From positions 4,154-68,153 of the forward strand of contig CAWVRW010000009.1 in assembly GCA_963933105.1 (NCBI GenBank): a stretch of 64,000 bases of DNA. The letters are read 5' to 3'. The position numbers and the translations under genes were made by a program. The first letter of the stretch is position 1, and each line of letters begins with the position of its first letter. The notes beneath the pieces are model-generated. The model made no database searches. It was not told the origin of the DNA and was given only the letters and a program-made list of their open reading frames with translations. The DNA is from an uncultured Formosa sp. (GTDB taxonomy: Bacteria > Bacteroidota > Bacteroidia > Flavobacteriales > Flavobacteriaceae). Below, piece after piece: positions 9,584 through 18,704 of this stretch.

Positions 9584-12319
9584 ATGAAAACAAGATATTA
9601 CAATATTTTTTCAATCGTCCTTGCTTTTAGCATCAACTGTGTTAATAGCCAAAATGTTGTGAATTTCACAACAGATGAGGGTTTTATAAGTGGCGCTCTT
9701 TATAATCAACCAAATTGGGATGCTAATTTTCAAACATCAACTTGGATGGTCGATGCCTCTCAAGGAATGGTTACTGCAACTGATCAGTGGAAAAGAGCGG
9801 CATGGGAACAGGGGTTTTCATTGTCTGGAGTTGGAGATGAAATTACTTTTAGAGTAGATTTGAATTTTACAGGAACCTTTACTGCGCAAAACAACCCTTT
9901 GATAAAAATTGGTTTTAGTGCATCAAGTGATGTTGGCAGTTCAAATCCACCTTCAAATACTGTCTTTTTATCTACCACGGAAGACAATGAGGATACGCCA
10001 GGTGGGGCACTTCAAATCCGTAACAATACAAATAATGCTCCCCTAAGTTTAGAAACTGTTTTACCCATTTCTGATTGCCAAGGACTAAATGGAACAACAG
10101 ATGATTTGGCCGTAATTGTAACTCTTAGCCTTGGTGAAAATGCAACGTCTTCAATAATTTCTGGAAAACTTCTTAATATAACTGATGGTACTTCGTCTAA
10201 TCTTGGCTCTTACAGTGGAATAGACACTCAAGTTTTTGATGCTGCAGCATCCAATATTTATGGCTATTTTCAAGCTCAATCTTTTATAACAGGGAGTGGC
10301 TTATCAGCAATCAATGTAAAAAAAGTTAGTATATCCACCAATATAGATGTCTTTCCAAAAGTCAAACGAATAATTGGAGGAGTTTCAACTTTAGATCGTA
10401 CTAAATATTTCAATATTCATTCTAATGCAAATGACGTTGAAGCTGATCTTTACGCATACTACAATGTAAGTCAAATAGGAAGACAATTTTGGTCACCCGG
10501 ATCAGCTGCCATACAAAATACAGGGGTTTTTGGCACCTATCCAGGGCCGCTTAGTGGAAATACAGAATTACGCGAAGTTAGAAGATATGTAGCTACTGAT
10601 CATCCATATAAAGTCTATGAAGAAGGGCTTGATCCTATTCCATTTGCTGATTGGACCGTTGAATATTTTAAGAATTATGTGGATGTATATTTAAGGCCAG
10701 AATATTACGAACCTATGAACGAACCTTTTGTACATGCAAGAGATTTTTATGAAGAACTTGATTGGGATCCTGTTGCAGAGGCTAGGGTAAAGCTAGAAAT
10801 GGCTCAATTTTTTAAGCATGTTGCACAAAAAATTCATGCCGCTCCAGAGTTAGAGAATATGAAAATCCTTGGATATTCTGCTGCATTTCCATCATTTGAA
10901 AAGAATGATTTTTCTATTTGGAATGAAAATATGAAAATGTTTATGGATGAAGCTGGCCAAGACGTAGATGTTTTTTCAACACACATTTACGACGGGATTA
11001 ATCAGATTGGGCAAGACACCCGAAGATCTGGCAGTAATATGGAGGCTATTTTAGATTTGATTGAAACTTACAGTTATGTTAAATGGGGGATTATAAAACC
11101 TCACGCCATTACAGAGTTTGGAGGCATTGAAAATGGGGAGTACAATGATATCATGAATGTTCAATCTATACGCTCTCAAAATTCGATTCTTTTTGGGCTT
11201 TTGGAGCGAACGGACCGAATGGAAATTGCAGTCCCATTTACTACAGGGAAATCTAAATGGCATATCACAGAGGAAAATAATTACATGCCCTACAAAGCCG
11301 TTCTTTATAAGCCAATTCCTATTGGTGTACCATTGGAACAAGTTACTGATTGGGAATACACCAATAGAATTCACTTTTATGAACTATGGAAAGATGTTTC
11401 TGGCGATAGAATATTGATTCAATCAGACAATAAGGACGTCCTTGTTCAGGCATTTTTGGATGGTAATAAATTATATGTGGCCCTAAACAACTTAGATGAT
11501 TTTGATCAGCCCATTAATTTAAACTTAAATGGCAATCTTCCTAATATTTCGGAAATAATAATAAAATCTTTAATTATTCACCCTGATACTGATCCAGACT
11601 ATACAATTCAAACTTCTTCTGAACTATTGGAAACATATGGTCTTAAAAAAAACGAAACTGTGGTGTTGGAATATACCTTTTCTGAACCGATTACATTTGA
11701 CAACGTCATTCAATCTGAGCGTTATTACAGCACTACTTATTTGCAACCCATACAAGCTAATAATCCAATTAATTACAATTTCAATAATATTAATTTAGTT
11801 GGAAATTCTGGTTATGCCATGCTTGCAATGAGTATTGGACGTAAACACGACCGATCAAAATCACCAACTGTTATCGTAAACGGTGTTTCAATTCCTGTGC
11901 CTAGCAATTGGAAAGGTTATAATCAAACAACTAGAGATGATTTTTTTGGAACTATAGAAATTCCTGTACCTATTGATGTTATCCAAGAAAGCAACTCGGT
12001 TTCAATTACATTTGAGGACTCGAATGGTCATCTGAGTTCTTTAGTATTAAACGTAGCGTCATATGATTCGTCATTGTTGGGAATTAATTCAATTGAAGTT
12101 TCAACGCAAAAATTGAAGTTATACCCCAACCCCACGGCAGCACAGCTAAATATCGTAAATGCAAAAATGGATAGTGTAATTTCTATCTATTCAATTACGG
12201 GTGTTAGAGTTTTTATAAGTAAGTATGACGGTCTTCCGATTAATTTGAATCAACTCACCAATGGCCTTTATTTTGTCAAAATAGATAATACCACTTTGAA
12301 GCTAATCATCAAAAATTAA
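9584..12319 (+). CDS. Multidomain T9SS-secreted glycoside hydrolase: unknown ~230-aa N-terminal module, a paralogous GH core, and a T9SS C-terminal sorting domain
   Basis: 911 aa. The N-module (nt ~9650-10340) is homologous to the protein encoded at 13813-14790. The GH core carries YYEPMNEPFVHARDFYEE and HAITEFGGIE. The last 69 aa (nt 12110-12316, KLKLYPNPTAAQLNIVN...GLYFVKIDNTTLKLIIKN) form a Por/T9SS CTD. Confidence 0.65.
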   Translation: MKTRYYNIFSIVLAFSINCVNSQNVVNFTTDEGFISGALYNQPNWDANFQTSTWMVDASQGMVTATDQWKRAAWEQGFSLSGVGDEITFRVDLNFTGTFTAQNNPLIKIGFSASSDVGSSNPPSNTVFLSTTEDNEDTPGGALQIRNNTNNAPLSLETVLPISDCQGLNGTTDDLAVIVTLSLGENATSSIISGKLLNITDGTSSNLGSYSGIDTQVFDAAASNIYGYFQAQSFITGSGLSAINVKKVSISTNIDVFPKVKRIIGGVSTLDRTKYFNIHSNANDVEADLYAYYNVSQIGRQFWSPGSAAIQNTGVFGTYPGPLSGNTELREVRRYVATDHPYKVYEEGLDPIPFADWTVEYFKNYVDVYLRPEYYEPMNEPFVHARDFYEELDWDPVAEARVKLEMAQFFKHVAQKIHAAPELENMKILGYSAAFPSFEKNDFSIWNENMKMFMDEAGQDVDVFSTHIYDGINQIGQDTRRSGSNMEAILDLIETYSYVKWGIIKPHAITEFGGIENGEYNDIMNVQSIRSQNSILFGLLERTDRMEIAVPFTTGKSKWHITEENNYMPYKAVLYKPIPIGVPLEQVTDWEYTNRIHFYELWKDVSGDRILIQSDNKDVLVQAFLDGNKLYVALNNLDDFDQPINLNLNGNLPNISEIIIKSLIIHPDTDPDYTIQTSSELLETYGLKKNETVVLEYTFSEPITFDNVIQSERYYSTTYLQPIQANNPINYNFNNINLVGNSGYAMLAMSIGRKHDRSKSPTVIVNGVSIPVPSNWKGYNQTTRDDFFGTIEIPVPIDVIQESNSVSITFEDSNGHLSSLVLNVASYDSSLLGINSIEVSTQKLKLYPNPTAAQLNIVNAKMDSVISIYSITGVRVFISKYDGLPINLNQLTNGLYFVKIDNTTLKLIIKN

Positions 12320-12323
12320 AAGG

Positions 12324-13718
12324 ATGTTGATAAGGCGCTTTTTAATATCCTTTTGTGTACTAACTCATGTTTTCTTAGGTTTACAGAAACTGAGTGCACA
12401 AGAAGAAACCTCGAAAATTTTTGAAAGCGGAGATACTGTATGCTTTTTAGGCGATAGTATCACACATGGTGGGCAGTTTCATGAATTTCTTCAACTGTTC
12501 TATGCAACGCGTTATCCAAATCTTAAAATCACCTTTTTAAACTGTGGGATATCAGGAGACAATGCCGAAGGTATGATCCACAGATTAGATAAAGACGTAT
12601 TTATACATAATCCAAGCCATGTATTTTTAATGACCGGAATGAATGATGTGATACGAACACTTTATTTTGAAGGCGAAGCTTCCAATGAAATTGTGCAAAA
12701 CAGAAAAAAAGCTTTGGATGAATACAAACGAAACATAGACATTTTAGACAAAAAATTTGAAACATCAGACATAAGGCCACTGTATCTTACCCCTTCAATT
12801 TACGACCAATATTCAAAAATTGAGCACGAAAATAATATGGGCAGTAATGATGCACTCATAGAATGCTCAACCTTTCTCAAAAAAATTGCAAAACAAAGAA
12901 ATACAACTGTGATTGATTTAAATTCTTCCATGAAACATATTATGGAGCGAGAACTACAAAACGATTCCTTATTTACAATTGTTGGTAAGGACCGAGTACA
13001 CCCAGAAACAACAGGACACTTCGTTATGTTTCATGAAATTTTATCCGCTATAGAATCTCCGAGTGTTATCGCTCAAATTTCAATTGATCTGAATCAAAAT
13101 AATTTTATAACAACAAAAAATTGTGTTGTTGAGAATTTTCAAGTTTCAAGCGATGATATTTCTTTTAGTTGTGTACAAAATAGCTTACCATTCCCAACAA
13201 ATAAAGCGATAGACAAGGCCCTATCTTTGGTCCCTTTTGAAAACAACTTCAATAAAGAAATACTACAAATAAGAGGTTTAAAAAATGGCGAGTATGATCT
13301 TTTCATTCAAGATATCTTTATCGATAGCTATTCTGCGGAACAACTCAAGAGTGGAGTCAATCTTTCGACTCAAGTGAACACCCCACAATACAAACAGGCG
13401 CTAGATATCATGAAACTTTGTGAAGATTATCGAAAAACAAGCTACCAACTTCGTGCGGTTCCATTTATGGAGTATAAATATCTTCGAGACTACAGTGGTG
13501 ATAATCAACTACAAGGGAAACAAATTCATTTTAATAAAAAGCTAAAAGCAATTGAAGGAAAACCGTATCATAATTACATCAAAAAAAGCATGGATGCCTA
13601 TGTTGAAACTCTTCCCAAACAAGATTCATTAAATAAACAATTAAGACAAGTTGAGAATGCTATTTACAAGAAAAATAAGCCTAAAACTTTAGAGTGGAGG
13701 CTTACTAGAAGACAATGA
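12324..13718 (+). CDS. SGNH/GDSL-family hydrolase (putative carbohydrate esterase) with an uncharacterised ~230-aa C-terminal extension
   Basis: The SGNH blocks are all present: block I VCFLGDSITHGG, block III LMTGMNDV, block V GKDRVHPE. It has a signal peptide and lies within the PUL. Confidence 0.7.
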   Translation: MLIRRFLISFCVLTHVFLGLQKLSAQEETSKIFESGDTVCFLGDSITHGGQFHEFLQLFYATRYPNLKITFLNCGISGDNAEGMIHRLDKDVFIHNPSHVFLMTGMNDVIRTLYFEGEASNEIVQNRKKALDEYKRNIDILDKKFETSDIRPLYLTPSIYDQYSKIEHENNMGSNDALIECSTFLKKIAKQRNTTVIDLNSSMKHIMERELQNDSLFTIVGKDRVHPETTGHFVMFHEILSAIESPSVIAQISIDLNQNNFITTKNCVVENFQVSSDDISFSCVQNSLPFPTNKAIDKALSLVPFENNFNKEILQIRGLKNGEYDLFIQDIFIDSYSAEQLKSGVNLSTQVNTPQYKQALDIMKLCEDYRKTSYQLRAVPFMEYKYLRDYSGDNQLQGKQIHFNKKLKAIEGKPYHNYIKKSMDAYVETLPKQDSLNKQLRQVENAIYKKNKPKTLEWRLTRRQ

Positions 13719-13812
13719 GCCCAAAGACTTAACAAATCTATTACTAATTAGAACATTTATAGTATCCCTAAATTTTAATAATCATTAATTTTAAAAAAAT
13801 AAACTAATAATT

Positions 13813-14790
13813 ATGAAAAAACTTTACACACTATTTACAGCACTTGTTTTTATGACAATTAATGCACAGACTACCGTAAACTTTACTGCTGAAGAGGGAT
13901 TTTCTAATGGAGCTCTATACACTCAAGCTGGTTGGGATTCCTCTTTTACAGGTAATACATGGGTAGTTGATTCCTCAGTAGGAGCAATAACTTTATCAAA
14001 TGACTGGCAAAGAGCAGCTTGGGAACAAGGTTTTACTGTTTCTGGAGCTGGTGAATCTATAACCTTTAGAGTTGATCTAAAATTTATAGGAACTTTTGGG
14101 ACAAACAATAATCCACTCGTAAAAATTGGATTTAGTTCATCCAGTGATGTTGCTGAATCAACGCCTCCAGCTAATGTTGTTTTTCTAAGGACAGCAAGTT
14201 ATAACACACAATTGCAATTGGGTAATAATGTTAATTCTGGTCCTTTGAGCCCAAATGCTTCTCTTGTAATCGCAGATTGCCAGGCTACGGGAGAATCTGA
14301 TGATTTAGCGGTACTAGTGACTTTGACCCTTGGTACTGATGCAGCAAGTTCAACAATTTCTTCAAAATTAATGAACTTAACAGATGGTACTGAGACCGTC
14401 ATTGGGTCTTATACAGGAATAAATTCAAGCGTTTACTCAGCAGCATCGACCAATATTTATGGTTTTATTCACGCTCAGACATTAACTACGACGGGAAGTA
14501 ATGCAATAACTCAAGTGCAAGTTAGTTCTGTGACGATGGCTCCAGGAAACACACTAAATACGAATTCATTTACTTTGTCTGAATTTATGCTTTCTCAAAA
14601 TCCTGTCGATGATAGACTTGAATTATCTGGTTTGAATTTGGGAACTACTTTAAGTATTTATAACTTAACTGGAGCAAAAGTAGATAGTTATGTCTATGAT
14701 GGTAGTCCGCTGAGCTTGGGGCACCTAAACTCTGGAGTTTACTTTATGGAGATTCCTGGGTACACTACAAAAAAGTTGATAAAAAAATAA
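13813..14790 (+). CDS. T9SS-secreted protein made of the same unknown module as the N-terminus of the 9584-12319 GH, plus a T9SS CTD (candidate secreted glycan-binding protein)
   Basis: 325 aa with a signal peptide. NFTAEEGFSNGALYTQAGWDSSF...WQRAAWEQGFTVSGAGESITFRVDLKFIGTF...NNPLVKIGFSSSSDV aligns colinearly with aa ~27-250 of the upstream GH. The CTD at nt 14584-14787 reads LSQNPVDDRLEL...GVYFMEIPGYTTKKLIKK. Confidence 0.7.
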   Translation: MKKLYTLFTALVFMTINAQTTVNFTAEEGFSNGALYTQAGWDSSFTGNTWVVDSSVGAITLSNDWQRAAWEQGFTVSGAGESITFRVDLKFIGTFGTNNNPLVKIGFSSSSDVAESTPPANVVFLRTASYNTQLQLGNNVNSGPLSPNASLVIADCQATGESDDLAVLVTLTLGTDAASSTISSKLMNLTDGTETVIGSYTGINSSVYSAASTNIYGFIHAQTLTTTGSNAITQVQVSSVTMAPGNTLNTNSFTLSEFMLSQNPVDDRLELSGLNLGTTLSIYNLTGAKVDSYVYDGSPLSLGHLNSGVYFMEIPGYTTKKLIKK

Positions 14791-14818
14791 TTTTTTTTAA
14801 CCAACTTGAATAATTCAT

Positions 14819-14849
14819 AAAGCCACTTTAAGTAAGGTGGCTTTTTTTT
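14819..14849 (+). terminator. Rho-independent terminator closing the plus-strand PUL genes
   Basis: aaagccac-tttaagtaag-gtggcttt followed by a T-run (ctttttttt), 29 nt after the stop at 14790. Confidence 0.7.
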
Positions 14850-14875
14850 AATTAAAATAACCATTTTTATTATCG

Positions 14876-15787
14876 GTGAGAGTAATATTCTATTTTATAT
14901 ATTTTTGGTCATTATTTGGATTTTCACAAGACACTATTCTTCCACTTTATTCAAAACATATTCCATGTAGTAGTTTTGATAAAATTGAAAATAATTTAAC
15001 AATAGTTGAAAAGGATCAAAAAATACATACTCCACAATTGTGGTATTATCCTACTCCTCATCCAAAAAAAGAAGTACCAGCGGTTTTAATAATTCCTGGA
15101 GGGGGCTACAAAAATTTAGCTTTTGAACATGAAGGAATAAAGGTTGCTGAATGGTTAAATAAAATTGGGATTAGTGCCTTTGTTTTAAGGTACAGAACTC
15201 CACATTGGGAATCCAAACCATGTAAGACAAAAGTTGCTTTGTTAGATGCACAACGTGCTTTACAAATGATAGCTGAAAACGCAAAAAAATGGAATATAGA
15301 CAACTCTAAAATTGGAATAATAGGATTTTCGGCAGGAGGCCACCTTGCGGCTACTCTTTCAAATCATTTTGATTTTAATAACTTAGAAAAAAGTACAAAC
15401 AAAAAAAGTTATAGACCAAGTTTCTGTATCCTTGTTTACCCCGTCATTAGCATGAAAGATAAACTCACACACCTGGGCTCTAAGAATAGTTTGTTGGGAA
15501 GCTTTCCTACAGATGAGGAAGTTCACTTCTTTTCAAATGAATTACAAATAAGCGCTGAAAAAACACCCCCAACATTGTTGATTCATGCCATAGACGATGC
15601 TGTAGTCATTCCAGAAAATAGTATACTGTACCACAAGGCATTGCAAGAAAATAAAATTCCAACAAGACTTCATCTTATGGAGCAAGGTGGTCATGGATTT
15701 GGAATTAAAAACGCACTAGCACCTACTAACTCATGGCTAAAAATCACTAAAGAATGGCTTAAAAATCAAAAAATCATAGCTCATTAA
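14876..15787 (+). CDS. Alpha/beta-hydrolase fold esterase (putative carbohydrate/acetyl esterase); GTG start
   Basis: 303 aa with a signal-like N-terminus. Oxyanion-type IIPGGGY, nucleophile elbow GFSAGGHLA, and later HAIDDAVV / GGHGF. It is the last plus-strand gene of the PUL. Confidence 0.7.
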   Translation: MRVIFYFIYFWSLFGFSQDTILPLYSKHIPCSSFDKIENNLTIVEKDQKIHTPQLWYYPTPHPKKEVPAVLIIPGGGYKNLAFEHEGIKVAEWLNKIGISAFVLRYRTPHWESKPCKTKVALLDAQRALQMIAENAKKWNIDNSKIGIIGFSAGGHLAATLSNHFDFNNLEKSTNKKSYRPSFCILVYPVISMKDKLTHLGSKNSLLGSFPTDEEVHFFSNELQISAEKTPPTLLIHAIDDAVVIPENSILYHKALQENKIPTRLHLMEQGGHGFGIKNALAPTNSWLKITKEWLKNQKIIAH

Positions 15788-17319
15788 TCAAACTTTAGTC
15801 TGCTCGTTCTCTTGTAAGCATCACCAACAATAGAAATAAAAGCTGCCATCATTTCATCTCTTTTTTCGGGCATCGTTTCTGCTAGGTTATTTTGCTGTGA
15901 CGCGTCTTTTTCTAAATTATAAAGTTGAAATTCTTCGCCATTCCCAGTTTCTATTCCTTTAGTTAAAAACATTTTTGGTCCAGGATAAGGTGGAATCAAT
16001 ACCCAATTGCCTTGACGATAGGCAGTTCTGGAAGTCGCTTCTAAAATGATATCACTTCGTCCTTTGACGCTTTTTCCTAACAATAAATCCAAATGATTTT
16101 CACTATCAAGATTGTCTACGGGTTGTTTAATCAGATTTGATAGTGAGGATAGCCAATCAACCTGTGAAATAATTTCGTTGGTTACACCTGGTTCAATATG
16201 TCCCTCCCAGTAGGTAATGAAAGGAACTCTAGTACCTGCTTCATACAAACTGTACTTTCCTCCTCTTAAATTGCCTGTTGGGGTATGTTTTCCTAATTTT
16301 TCAATAGCATCATCCTCATAGCCATCATCCAAAACCGGTCCGTTGTCACTTGATAAGAAAATTAAAGTATTTTCCAAAACACCTTCTTTTTTAAGTGTTT
16401 TAATGAGTTCTCCAACGCACCAATCAGCCTCAGCAATTACATCGCCTCTGGGGCCCATTCCTGTAGCACCAACAAAGCGTGGATGAGGAGTTCTTGGAAC
16501 ATGAGGTTGTTGCAATCCATAGTACAAAAAGAAGGGTTTGTCTTTGTTGGTTGTTATATAAGTTTGAGCTTCTTTAAGAAAGTCATCAGCCATATCTTCA
16601 TCAATCCAGCGTGCAGCTTGCCCACCTTTCATGTGCCCAATACGAGGAACACCATTGACAATGGTTCTGTTGTGTTGTGGATCACCTTTCATTTTTAATA
16701 AATGTGGTGAATCCTCTCCTGTGGGTTCACCTAGAAAATTTTTCTTGTAATCAATTTCAATGGGGTCATTCTGATCCTTGTTATATACATCTCCATTTTT
16801 AATATATACTGTTGGAACTCTGTCTTGTGTTGCTGCCATTATAAAGCTATAGTCAAATCCAACTTCGTTGGGGCCAGGTGATATGTGCGAATTCCAATCT
16901 ACGTTACCTGTTCCAAGACCTAAATGCCACTTGCCAATGACTGCGGTTTTATAGCCATGATTGCGTAACATTTTTGGAACTGTAATTTGAGCTGTATCGA
17001 TGAGAAGTGGTGCCGTACCAGGAAGGATTTTTGCATCCCTATTTCGCCAGGGGTATTGTCCTGTGAGAAGTGCATATCGACTAGGTGTACAGGTTGCAGA
17101 AGTGGCGTAACCATTGGTGAACTTAAGACCATTATCTGCCAAAAAATCAATGTTGGGGGTGTTTAACTCTTCGGCTCCGTATGAACTAACATCACCATAA
17201 CCCAAATCATCGAGATAAATAAAAATGATATTAGGATTAGAATGGTCTGTTGTTTTATTTTTTTTCTGATTACAAGAACTCATCACTGAAAAAGCAATCA
17301 CGATTAATACATATTTCAT
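15784..17319 (-). CDS. Family S1 (formylglycine-dependent) sulfatase, lipoprotein; the ORF-track start at 17364 is trimmed to ATG 17319
   Basis: CTPSRYALLTGQYPWR is the C-x-P-x-R formylglycine motif. Metal site IFIYLDDLGYGD. Lipobox SVMSSC follows MKYVLIVIAF. Confidence 0.9.
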   Translation of the reverse strand: MKYVLIVIAFSVMSSCNQKKNKTTDHSNPNIIFIYLDDLGYGDVSSYGAEELNTPNIDFLADNGLKFTNGYATSATCTPSRYALLTGQYPWRNRDAKILPGTAPLLIDTAQITVPKMLRNHGYKTAVIGKWHLGLGTGNVDWNSHISPGPNEVGFDYSFIMAATQDRVPTVYIKNGDVYNKDQNDPIEIDYKKNFLGEPTGEDSPHLLKMKGDPQHNRTIVNGVPRIGHMKGGQAARWIDEDMADDFLKEAQTYITTNKDKPFFLYYGLQQPHVPRTPHPRFVGATGMGPRGDVIAEADWCVGELIKTLKKEGVLENTLIFLSSDNGPVLDDGYEDDAIEKLGKHTPTGNLRGGKYSLYEAGTRVPFITYWEGHIEPGVTNEIISQVDWLSSLSNLIKQPVDNLDSENHLDLLLGKSVKGRSDIILEATSRTAYRQGNWVLIPPYPGPKMFLTKGIETGNGEEFQLYNLEKDASQQNNLAETMPEKRDEMMAAFISIVGDAYKRTSRLKFD

Positions 17320-17402
17320 CTTCTTGTAATTTATTATTAAGTTATTAATTTTTAAGATTAGCACTCCATTTGATGTTTTGATATATAAATTTAATCAAAC
17401 TC

Positions 17403-18701
17403 TCAGACATTTGATGTTTTCAATCCAAATAAAGTAATATATACAAAACACAAAGCAGGTAATATAAATGAAAAATTAACTTCAGATACTCCTAAAATAG
17501 TAATATCATTAACTCCATAACCACCAAGGTCAATAAGCATCCCTTGTAATTTAGGCATCAAGGCCCCGCCTACAATAGCCATAACAAGTCCAGCAGAACC
17601 AATTTTACTTTCATCTTCCGTTAAGCCTCCAAGAGCAATTCCATAAATTGTAGGAAACATCAGTGACATAAAAAAGGAAACCCCAACTAAACAATAGAGA
17701 CCTATATTATTTCCTATAAAAATAACACCCAGAGTGCTTATGGTCGCAAAAATTGCGAACACCATCAAAAGACGACCTGAGTTTATAAATCGTAGTAATA
17801 GGGTTCCCACAGCACGACCAAAGGTGAAAAAAATAAAAGCAGCCATTTGGTAGTAACCAGCCGTCACGCTCTCCATACCCATACCTTCAGCATATTGGTA
17901 AATATAGGTCCAGCACATAATTTGTGCACCTACGTACATAATTTGAGCTAAAACCCCTTTTGAGTAGATTTTATTTTTAAGTAGTCTTTTAAAAGTTTTC
18001 TTCACATTTTCATTTGAACCTTCCTCTTTTATATTGGGCATTTTGCTTACTAAAAACAATACAAATACAGCGATAATAACCAATCCTAAAATTACATAGG
18101 GGTCTCGAATCACCATCAAGTCCGTTGTTTTGATTAGAGTTTTGGAGGCCTCATCTAAGGCGCTAAAATCTGTGATGTCATCTGATTGAAGTTTCTTTAA
18201 TACATACTGCTGAGCTACAAAAAGTCCCAGAATTAGTCCAATTGGATTAAATGCCTGTGCTAAATTTAGCCTTTGTGTAGCTGTTTGCTTAGGTCCCATT
18301 GCAAGCGCATAGGGGTTTGCAGCAGTCTCTAAAAAAGCCAGACCAAATGTTAAAACGTATAACCCGAAACAAAAAAACCAAAACTGTTCTGTAATCGCAG
18401 CAGGATAAAATAACAAAGCACCAATTGCATATAAAGCTAATCCAATTAGAATCCCTACCTTATATGAGTATTTTCGCATAAATAGTGCTGCTGGGATGGC
18501 CATACAAAAGTAGCCTCCATAAAAGGCCATTTGAACCCATGCGGCCTGAGAATTAGATAATTCCAATACTTTTTTAAAGGCTTGTACCATGGGATCTGTA
18601 ACTGCATTAGCAAAACCCCATAAAGCAAATAAAGAGGTTAATAGAATAAATGGTATTATGATTTTTTTTGGGACTACCGGTTTGGATTCTGAATGTTTCA
18701 T
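17403..18701 (-). CDS. fucP: MFS L-fucose:H+ symporter-type permease
   Basis: 432 aa with about 12 TM segments. The N-terminal LFALWGFANAVTDPMVQAFKKV resembles the FucP signature region. It is adjacent to GH29. Confidence 0.8.
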   Translation of the reverse strand: MKHSESKPVVPKKIIIPFILLTSLFALWGFANAVTDPMVQAFKKVLELSNSQAAWVQMAFYGGYFCMAIPAALFMRKYSYKVGILIGLALYAIGALLFYPAAITEQFWFFCFGLYVLTFGLAFLETAANPYALAMGPKQTATQRLNLAQAFNPIGLILGLFVAQQYVLKKLQSDDITDFSALDEASKTLIKTTDLMVIRDPYVILGLVIIAVFVLFLVSKMPNIKEEGSNENVKKTFKRLLKNKIYSKGVLAQIMYVGAQIMCWTYIYQYAEGMGMESVTAGYYQMAAFIFFTFGRAVGTLLLRFINSGRLLMVFAIFATISTLGVIFIGNNIGLYCLVGVSFFMSLMFPTIYGIALGGLTEDESKIGSAGLVMAIVGGALMPKLQGMLIDLGGYGVNDITILGVSEVNFSFILPALCFVYITLFGLKTSNV

Positions 18702-18704
18702 GAT

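Noticed and set aside
17320-17364. N-terminal extensions in the ORF track (also 24810-24857, 27482-27526, 34089-34124, 47220-47273, 49602-49640, 50318-50377, 62031-62069, 62813-62845)
   Set aside because: Each extension overlaps the neighbouring gene or a terminator, or precedes an obvious signal peptide or conserved N-terminus that starts at an internal ATG. The internal starts were preferred.
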